From Candidatus Saccharimonadota bacterium (GTDB lineage: Bacteria; Patescibacteriota; Saccharimonadia; Saccharimonadales; JAQGHD01): a stretch of 64,000 bases of DNA. Below the pieces are notes generated by a model, which worked only from the letters and a program-made list of their open reading frames with translations, had not been told where the DNA came from and did no database searches. Location of the stretch: the NCBI GenBank assembly GCA_028288965.1, contig JAQGHD010000019.1, positions 25,202 to 89,201 of the forward strand, read 5' to 3'. A program made the translations under genes and the position numbers. This document shows, in pieces, positions 57,331-64,000 of the stretch (its first letter is position 1; every line of letters starts with the position of its first letter).

Positions 57331-58599
57331 ATGAATATATTCAAACACTTGCCAAAACAAGCTGTTGCCGTGCTATCTGCCATTGTCATAATGGTTGGAT
57401 TAAGCTCACCAGCAATGGCTGCTTTTGGCCCAGACCGTCCTACCAAGGCATGGAGTCCTACGGTAAGCGGTTTTGACCACGTAACTTTCAACTCATTTAC
57501 TGGCGTCGGCAACGGCGTTGGAGACGAGCGTGATTTTATGCGTGGCATACAAGTTGGTCGCGACAGTACTTGGACTGATCCAGTCAAAAACGTGTCGCAG
57601 GACGCAGAAGTAGAAGCAAAAATCTACATACATAACAACGCCGACGCTACTTTAAATGATGCCCCTGGCAACCCTGGTGTTGCCAAGAACGTAACCGTTC
57701 GTGTGGCATTACCTAGTGGTGCTAAGCAAACTCAAGAAGCTACTGCTTTCATTAAGGCAGATAACGCTCAGCCTGGTACGGTAACAGATACCTTAACTAT
57801 GACTGGCGCTAACAATGGTTTCTTTCAGTTAGCTTACGAAAACGGTACAGCTCAAGTTCACGACCAAAGTGGCCATGTCACTGCCTTAACAGCTGCTCAA
57901 GAGCAAGCCTTGACAGGTACCGGTTGGAACATGGGTGACCAAAAAGGTTGTTTCGCATTCGTAAAGGAAATTACCTTTAAAATGCGAGTTCAAATGCCAG
58001 AGCACTCAATCTCTAAGCAAGTTGCCCTTCCTGGTCAAACTGCTAAAGATTGGACCGAGAAAGTAAATGTTAAGCAAGGCGACACCGTCTCTTGGTTAGT
58101 TACTTTCCGAAACGCTGGTAAGACTGAGCTTGATCACATCAAGATCGTTGACGATATTCCGGTTGGTTTAACAGTTGTTCCTGGTACGGTAAAACTTACC
58201 AACGGCAACTACCCAAACGGCTATGTCTACGCCGATAAAGACGTTGTTCAAGCCAATGGTCGCCAACTCAATATAGATATTGGTAACTATCTGCCAGGTG
58301 GCGCAGCTTACATTTCTTATCGAACAACTATCGATAAGACGGCTGAGCCGGTATGTAAGCCTATGGCTTTGGTTAACAAAGCCTTTGCTACACCTGCAGG
58401 TTACGGTGCTGTTTGGGATGTCGCTGAAGCTGATGTTGCCGCACAAAGTTGCGCAACCACTCCTCCAGCCACTCCTGTCACTACCACGAGCTTGCCAAAC
58501 ACTGGTGCTGGAAACGTAGTTGCAATTTTTGCCGCTACAACCGCCGCTGGTGCTGTTGCTTACCGATGGTTTGTCGGTCGACGTCTGTCTCGTCGATAA
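57331..58599 (+). CDS. DUF11-domain LPXTG cell-surface protein
   Basis: AGGAGG RBS, signal peptide, TFNS.T...GDER.F, YIHNNA, DUF11, LPNTG plus TM plus RR. Confidence 0.85.
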   Translation: MNIFKHLPKQAVAVLSAIVIMVGLSSPAMAAFGPDRPTKAWSPTVSGFDHVTFNSFTGVGNGVGDERDFMRGIQVGRDSTWTDPVKNVSQDAEVEAKIYIHNNADATLNDAPGNPGVAKNVTVRVALPSGAKQTQEATAFIKADNAQPGTVTDTLTMTGANNGFFQLAYENGTAQVHDQSGHVTALTAAQEQALTGTGWNMGDQKGCFAFVKEITFKMRVQMPEHSISKQVALPGQTAKDWTEKVNVKQGDTVSWLVTFRNAGKTELDHIKIVDDIPVGLTVVPGTVKLTNGNYPNGYVYADKDVVQANGRQLNIDIGNYLPGGAAYISYRTTIDKTAEPVCKPMALVNKAFATPAGYGAVWDVAEADVAAQSCATTPPATPVTTTSLPNTGAGNVVAIFAATTAAGAVAYRWFVGRRLSRR

Positions 58600-58697
58600 A
58601 CATGTCAACAGTGGTTGACCTGTGAAAACCACTAGCATTTTTGCAAAAAATATGCTAAGGTTTTAAATAACGAGCAAGACTGACCGCTCTAACTTCT

Positions 58698-58734
58698 GAG
58701 ATCCCCTTCTAGTAATAGGAGGGGATTTCTTTTT
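58698..58734 (+). terminator. Intrinsic terminator
   Basis: ATCCCCTTCT-AGTAAT-AGGAGGGGAT plus T-rich tail. Confidence 0.7.
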
Positions 58735-58779
58735 GGCCTCTGTTATGGTATGATCTTGCGGACTAGCGCCGAGTAACCC

Positions 58780-58854
58780 GGCCCCTTCGTCTAACGGTTA
58801 GGACACCAGGTTTTCATCCTGGCAACAGGGGTTCGATTCCCCTAGGGGTCACCA
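58780..58854 (+). tRNA. tRNA-Glu (TTC)
   Basis: Acceptor GGCCCCT/AGGGGTC, anticodon arm CCAGG-TTTTCAT-CCTGG, T-loop GTTCGATTC, encoded CCA. Confidence 0.95.
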
Positions 58855-60406
58855 CAAGAGACTCATCATTTGATGGGTCTTTTTTGTTGGCTTCGTACTG
58901 ACGTTCTATATCTGATGTTTCCTGTAAAATAGGGCTGAGAATTGCGGTTCCAAAAGACTTATCTGGATTTACGACAATTCCAGCCTCACAAATGGCGTTT
59001 TGGAACCGCTGCTGGTCATTTAGTTCCGCAGTACGCCACGCAACAGGGAGGTTTACTAGAAATGACACTGCCTGATCTACTATTTGCTCATTGCGAGCCT
59101 CTGTGTCTTTTAACTCGTTTCTAGCGACCTCTAACTCTACTCGCTGGATTGCGAGCCGGCTCTCCTGCTCCTGATAGGTCTCAGCCGGTATTATGTCCTT
59201 GAGGAACTTATCCATTAGGCTATTCTTCATGTCCTCGGCATTTTTGAGCTGTTGGTCGATCTTGCGTCTTTCTAGTTGGGCATCTACAAAGTCGTTGTTC
59301 CAACGCCGCAGCACCACTTGCTTGAATATTTCAGGCACCCAAGACGCTGGTTCTGCTTTGGCGAGTAATGCCTCGAATTGTTCATGAGCTTTTAACTTGG
59401 GTATTCGGACAGTGTTGCCGGTAGCCTTGCGAGTACAGGTGGTGCAGTGATACGCAGCAAAATGTCCTGTCCTGCCTTTTGAGGCACTTGCAGTCAGTGG
59501 CTTATTGCAAATGCCACAGATTAAAAAACCACGAAGCGGATAGGCTGGTTTATTTCGTGGCAGGCTAGATTTTGGTCGTCCTTTACCGTCTAATATGCTT
59601 TGATTGAGCAAATAGTGGTCGAGCGTAATGACCGGCGTATGAATCCCTTTAATGCGTACACCATCTGAAAGATCATTCTGAATGTAGCCAGCATATACAG
59701 GGTTCCGAAGAAGTTTGATTGTTCCATTTCTCGAAATGGGATCGTTGCCTTTACCACAAATACCATGCTTATGAGCAAGCTCTACGGCTTGAGTCTGAGT
59801 GTAATTTCCAGTGGCAAACTCAGAAAAAAAGCCGAACAATTTCTCGGCACTTTCAGTAGTGATCGCTAGCGTTGGTCTCTTTGCTACATCCTTGATGTTA
59901 ATATAGCCAGCCGGTGCTTTACTGACCCAACAGCCCTCTTTCACTCTTGCTACCATACCTCCACGAGACCTTTCGGATCGCACGTCATTATCGAACTGTG
60001 CAAAGCTGGCAAGTACGTTTTCTAGCAACATGCCAGTGGTGGTCGAATCAATCGGTTCGGATGCTGACCAAAGAATGATGTCCAACTTCTTGAGTAACGC
60101 CCTGAGAGCTGAATGGTCAGCTACCTTTCTGGAAAATCTATCGACCTTGTAAACGACTAGATGTCCGATTGTTTTGCGGTTGGCGAGACAAAACTTTAAC
60201 AACTCTTGCAGCTCAGTACGATCTGCGGTTTTGGCACTTTCGCCTTCCTCGGTGAACTCCTTAATTACCGTCAATTCTTTTAGCTTACAGAAGTCTTTGC
60301 AGATACGCAGTTGTTCACCGAGACTCATATTATCAACCTGTCGGTCACTTGATACTCGTGTGTATATCACGGCACCAGTTTTGACGTTAGGTAGTTTCTT
60401 CTTCAT
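58814..60406 (-). CDS. Large serine recombinase (resolvase, recombinase and Zn-ribbon domains)
   Basis: YTRVSS..Q, ESAKT.DR, DRFSR, LRNPVYAG, CGIC..YHC..C, coiled coil. The 3' end overlaps tRNA-Glu. Confidence 0.95.
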   Translation of the reverse strand: MKKKLPNVKTGAVIYTRVSSDRQVDNMSLGEQLRICKDFCKLKELTVIKEFTEEGESAKTADRTELQELLKFCLANRKTIGHLVVYKVDRFSRKVADHSALRALLKKLDIILWSASEPIDSTTTGMLLENVLASFAQFDNDVRSERSRGGMVARVKEGCWVSKAPAGYINIKDVAKRPTLAITTESAEKLFGFFSEFATGNYTQTQAVELAHKHGICGKGNDPISRNGTIKLLRNPVYAGYIQNDLSDGVRIKGIHTPVITLDHYLLNQSILDGKGRPKSSLPRNKPAYPLRGFLICGICNKPLTASASKGRTGHFAAYHCTTCTRKATGNTVRIPKLKAHEQFEALLAKAEPASWVPEIFKQVVLRRWNNDFVDAQLERRKIDQQLKNAEDMKNSLMDKFLKDIIPAETYQEQESRLAIQRVELEVARNELKDTEARNEQIVDQAVSFLVNLPVAWRTAELNDQQRFQNAICEAGIVVNPDKSFGTAILSPILQETSDIERQYEANKKDPSNDESLVVTPRGIEPLLPG

Positions 60407-60476
60407 AGTTCACCTCTAATTCTGACCCGATGGGTCGGTTAATTCAATAACCTATCGTGGGATTTGGAACCGGCAT

Positions 60477-60641
60477 TTATTCCTTAACTTGCAGATCCTT
60501 TTTAGCTTGTTTTATATAGATTTGAGCCATGATGTCGAGCTGGCGAATCACCTCTACGACTTGTTCATCGGAGATTTGTGCGGAGGCGAATCCAGTTAGG
60601 CTCCTGAACTCCTCGATTGTGATGATTGCCTGCTCGTTCAT
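60477..60641 (-). CDS. Small 54-aa protein upstream of the recombinase
   Basis: MNEQAIITIEEFRSLTGFASAQISDEQVVEVIRQLDIMAQIYIKQAKKDLQVKE, below the ORF-track cutoff. Confidence 0.6.
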   Translation of the reverse strand: MNEQAIITIEEFRSLTGFASAQISDEQVVEVIRQLDIMAQIYIKQAKKDLQVKE

Positions 60642-60701
60642 GACACTGGAAGTCTAAGGCAGACGAAGAATTAGCTGTGATTGTCGATAATTGTCGGGGG
60701 G

Positions 60702-61490
60702 CTAGGCGGTGATCCCTAGATGTGCGGCTATCTTTCCTCGATAATGTTCGTTAATCTTCGATACAAGTTCAATTATTTGCCTGCGGTTCAATACGCTAGG
60801 ATTCTGTAAGGCAATATGCTTCTTATTTAATACCGGCAGCATAGGTGCCAGCCATAAGTAATGATTCTTAGTCAGTAGTTGCTTGAAGTCGAGGTCGTCA
60901 TCAAGCGGTGCAAAATCGATAGCGTTAAGCGGCTGACCTGATGGCATCTTTTGCAGCTGTGTCAAAAGTTGCGGTACCATTCCCTCTATCGGTCGTGCCA
61001 CCTGAAAATCTTCGTTATTGATGCTTAGCATTAACTTATTGTCTCTTTGCCATAGCTTGCAAACGTATTCTGTCGGTGCCGGTGCGACATGTCCTGTTTC
61101 CATGATAAGTTTGTCGAACAGCCGTTGGAACGTATATGGCGTGATATCCAGCATCACTTCATCTGATAGCTCACGATAGTCGATATGGAATCCCATCGGT
61201 ATCTTCGCTGGGTTCAGTAGCGTACCGTCACGATAGATTGCTGAAACATCAATACATAATTCTCGGTATAGCTTGAAAATCAGCATCCATTGCATCTCTG
61301 ACGACTGCGGTGCCAGCCCAAGTGCTGTAAAAAGAGGTGCAGTCTGGTCGAGGTGTAGCCACACCTGGTTGGTCTTTACACCAATCTCCTCGCTTTCATG
61401 GAGTGAGTGCTGGGCAAGAAGCACTCGCATAAAATCGAGCAATAGGGTATCAATGTCAGCTGGGCTGACTTTGGATTCGCCTCCGGTCAT
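60702..61490 (-). CDS. Hypothetical protein
   Basis: 262-aa ORF co-oriented within the island. Confidence 0.65.
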   Translation of the reverse strand: MTGGESKVSPADIDTLLLDFMRVLLAQHSLHESEEIGVKTNQVWLHLDQTAPLFTALGLAPQSSEMQWMLIFKLYRELCIDVSAIYRDGTLLNPAKIPMGFHIDYRELSDEVMLDITPYTFQRLFDKLIMETGHVAPAPTEYVCKLWQRDNKLMLSINNEDFQVARPIEGMVPQLLTQLQKMPSGQPLNAIDFAPLDDDLDFKQLLTKNHYLWLAPMLPVLNKKHIALQNPSVLNRRQIIELVSKINEHYRGKIAAHLGITA

Positions 61491-61547
61491 AAGCTAATTA
61501 TACAATAATTTTACTTCTCGTAATTATGATTATGAGAAGTAACAAGC

Positions 61548-62378
61548 TTATTTGCTTGAGAAATCGAGTCCAAGATGACCATTTTTGCGTGAGATAAGCT
61601 CATCCTTTGAGATCTCGGTATGGCTTACTAACTTGTAATGCCGCTCGTCAACCACACTAAGGCGTAATATTTCATCCTCTTCAACGACAGCCAACTCAAT
61701 AGCGGCAACCTCGTTTGTACTGACAAACATGAACGCCAGCGGTCTGCATATTGCTTCTGGGTATTTCAGATTACAGAAGGTAAGATCTTGGATTACTTGA
61801 ACGATGCCGAAGCGGTCACCTGGTGACTTAGCTTGAATTGGTAAGACGTAATTCACACCGGTGCGGTCTATGCCGACATAAAATTCGTCAATCTCAATCT
61901 GTCCGATGCTTTCAACCGTAGTTCGTAAATGATTCTGTACCGAGTAGCAGGTTAAGCCGGTGAAAGTATCGATAAGGCGGTTGTATCTGACTCTTGCAAG
62001 CAGTGCTTGCTCATCACGACCAGCCGCATAGTGCTTGAGTATCTCTGGTGTAGAGTCAGGTATGCTCAGATTTATAAGATTAGGATTCGGAGACACTTTG
62101 CCAGGAGCAGCCAGTCGAAACTCGTAATTTGCTATACCACTGCCCACAATAATCCATTCCGCTCCTGCCGGTGCGGTCTTCTGGATCGATTCTGGCAGTT
62201 CTTTTCTGAACCGGAAACTGTATGTTATATCGCCGAGATTTCGGATTCGAGGGATTTCTAATTCATCACATGCAGCAACAAGGTCTTCTCTATGGAAGGC
62301 TAAACGCTTCAATCCCACTTGGTACTTCTTGTGGAATATCAATGCTATTATCTGGCTGTATTTGCTGCTTTTTTCCAT
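61548..62378 (-). CDS. Putative type II restriction endonuclease (PD-(D/E)XK-like)
   Basis: QIEIDE...PIQAK, directly downstream of and overlapping a C5 methyltransferase. Confidence 0.7.
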   Translation of the reverse strand: MEKSSKYSQIIALIFHKKYQVGLKRLAFHREDLVAACDELEIPRIRNLGDITYSFRFRKELPESIQKTAPAGAEWIIVGSGIANYEFRLAAPGKVSPNPNLINLSIPDSTPEILKHYAAGRDEQALLARVRYNRLIDTFTGLTCYSVQNHLRTTVESIGQIEIDEFYVGIDRTGVNYVLPIQAKSPGDRFGIVQVIQDLTFCNLKYPEAICRPLAFMFVSTNEVAAIELAVVEEDEILRLSVVDERHYKLVSHTEISKDELISRKNGHLGLDFSSK

Positions 62379-63657
62379 CTAGGGCTATAAGTCTTTTCCG
62401 AATTGGGATGATTCCTCTGTCAACGCTGAAAAACGCTGCTGCGTCTGTCATATTGAATTGTAGAAGCTTTGCATCCTGTTTGTCCAGCTCATAGACCGGT
62501 AGATCACTTGGATTGATGCCCAATTTACGAATAACCTCGTCACCGAGTGCTTTCCCGAACATCGGAGCCACGGCATTGCCTATCTGGCGGAAACCATGCC
62601 AAACAGTTCGATGAAACTGAAACCAATCAGGGAATGAGTGCAGTCTAGCCGCTTCTCTAATGGAGATACAGCGAGGGAGTTTATAGTGGATTGGTCGGGG
62701 TGCAGTATGAGCGCCCTTATCGCTTGTCGTGCCAGCCCTCAGTGTGTTGCAGGGTCGGTCAGGGTGTAAGCGAAAGAATCGGCTGGTAGTTTCCGTAGTG
62801 CCTGGCTCGGTGTCGATAAAGCGGTCGATAGATATTTGACCATGCACGGAGCCAACATGCCCCCATAAAAGTCCATCAGTCTGTCGAATATGACAAAGAT
62901 TGAACAGTGAGCCTTCGTGCCGGTTATAGTTCTTACGGTACTCGTGATCATAAGTTAGGTTGTTCGGTAAGCCCTTATCATTCTTGATATTGACTGGGAT
63001 ATCTTCAAGATCTCCGATTGCACTCTTTGCCCCTACAAATGCAGTCGAATCGAATAAGCTTACGACTTTATCACTCTTCTCTATATGCGTAGGATCAGGA
63101 TACTTCAATTCAGGCATATCACCCCGACTTCCCAGAATAATAAGCCTTCGTCGCTTCTGCGGTACACCATAGCTGGCTGCACTTAACACCTTGATTTGTT
63201 TATGTATCTTGTAGCCGAGCTTCTCACACTCTTCAACCAGCTCCTCAACAAACTTAATCTGCTTGCCGGCAATCATGCCTGGCACGTTTTCAAGCAAGAA
63301 GTACTTCGGTCGTAAATCTTTCACGACACGCAGATACTCGAATACAAGCTTGTTGCGAGGATCATCGAGTTGACGCTTGCCAATGGTAGAGAACCCCTGG
63401 CAGGGCGGTCCACCTACAAGCATATCCAGCTCGTCATAACCCTTCTCTTGCAGGGCTTTTTTGAGTTCGATAGTCTCAAGCTTGTTCATGTCGGTACAGA
63501 AGGTTTTCGAGTAAGGAAAATTAAACTCATGAGCAGCTGCATGAACAGGATCAAACTCAACGGCGGCAACAACATCAAAGCCTGCTGCCTCAAAGCCTAG
63601 CGACAATCCGCCGACACCGGCAAACAAGTCAATAACAGATGGTCGTTTTCCCCTCAT
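62290..63657 (-). CDS. DNA (cytosine-5)-methyltransferase
   Basis: DLFAGVGG, GGPPCQGFS, ENVPG, PQKRRR, REAARLHSFPD, QIGNAV. Confidence 0.95.
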   Translation of the reverse strand: MRGKRPSVIDLFAGVGGLSLGFEAAGFDVVAAVEFDPVHAAAHEFNFPYSKTFCTDMNKLETIELKKALQEKGYDELDMLVGGPPCQGFSTIGKRQLDDPRNKLVFEYLRVVKDLRPKYFLLENVPGMIAGKQIKFVEELVEECEKLGYKIHKQIKVLSAASYGVPQKRRRLIILGSRGDMPELKYPDPTHIEKSDKVVSLFDSTAFVGAKSAIGDLEDIPVNIKNDKGLPNNLTYDHEYRKNYNRHEGSLFNLCHIRQTDGLLWGHVGSVHGQISIDRFIDTEPGTTETTSRFFRLHPDRPCNTLRAGTTSDKGAHTAPRPIHYKLPRCISIREAARLHSFPDWFQFHRTVWHGFRQIGNAVAPMFGKALGDEVIRKLGINPSDLPVYELDKQDAKLLQFNMTDAAAFFSVDRGIIPIRKRLIALDGKKQQIQPDNSIDIPQEVPSGIEAFSLP

Positions 63658-64000
63658 AGTACTTCTATTCTATCAGTTTTCATGGCTACCAACGATAAGC
63701 GTATTCACATTTGATGGGCAAACCGGAAGTAAAGAGGGGAAGATTTTGCTAAACGTGCTGGAACGGAGCCATGTTTTCCAGAGGTGGCGAAATCTGGCAG
63801 TCAGCTTTATGCTGTTTTTTCCTGTTATTTCCTGTTCAATATAAAGGCTGATGCTGTTGTTTCCTTTACACGTCATACTAGAACTTTCTCAAATATATGA
63901 TCATGCTTAGGAAAGTTCTTAGCTTGCATGACGGTATCGTTGTAGGTTTGTAACTGTTCGAGGCTCCGGTGTCGTGTGAAGCTCATTATCATAAACAAAT

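Larger units (their letters stand above)
58814..64000. mobile_element. Integrated island at the tRNA-Glu 3' end (continues beyond the window)
   Basis: Recombinase abutting and overlapping the tRNA, restriction-modification cargo. The distal att site is not visible. Confidence 0.7.

Noticed and set aside
63673-64000. Vsr or other gene upstream of the methyltransferase
   Set aside because: Only short ORFs with no recognisable motif before the window ends.

Overview
Bacterial genomic window, most likely a Patescibacteria/Candidatus Saccharibacteria chromosome. This is inferred from many near-leaderless genes, a giant surface protein, sortase-type DUF11 proteins and a tRNA-targeting serine recombinase island. 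Contents in order: (1) 1.85-6.7 kb, an array of unrelated small co-oriented genes separated by a degenerate ~45-bp repeat, resembling a cassette array but not canonical attC; (2) PrsW, a glycoside-hydrolase-like gene and a ClpG/ClpK-type disaggregase; (3) a WxL-like surface-complex cluster, a CRP-family regulator and a 1524-aa fibre-like protein; (4) cfa, an AsnRS-like catalytic domain, a MacB-type ABC transporter, an MprF-like gene and folD; (5) a Panacea toxin-antitoxin pair and an IS1595 remnant; (6) murI, murD, three receiver-only proteins and a 7TM histidine kinase with candidate signal-synthesis genes; (7) tRNA-Glu with an integrated serine-recombinase/restriction-modification island. 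The most striking signal is a family of transcription units with rRNA-operon-like RNA architecture: sigma70 promoter, 5' hairpin, boxA-like motif, then a leader strand complementary to a trailer strand 0.6-2.9 kb downstream that encloses the ORF(s). In two tandem units (41.7-43.6 kb) a type III hammerhead ribozyme follows the trailer directly. All family assignments come from motif recognition by eye, not from database searches.
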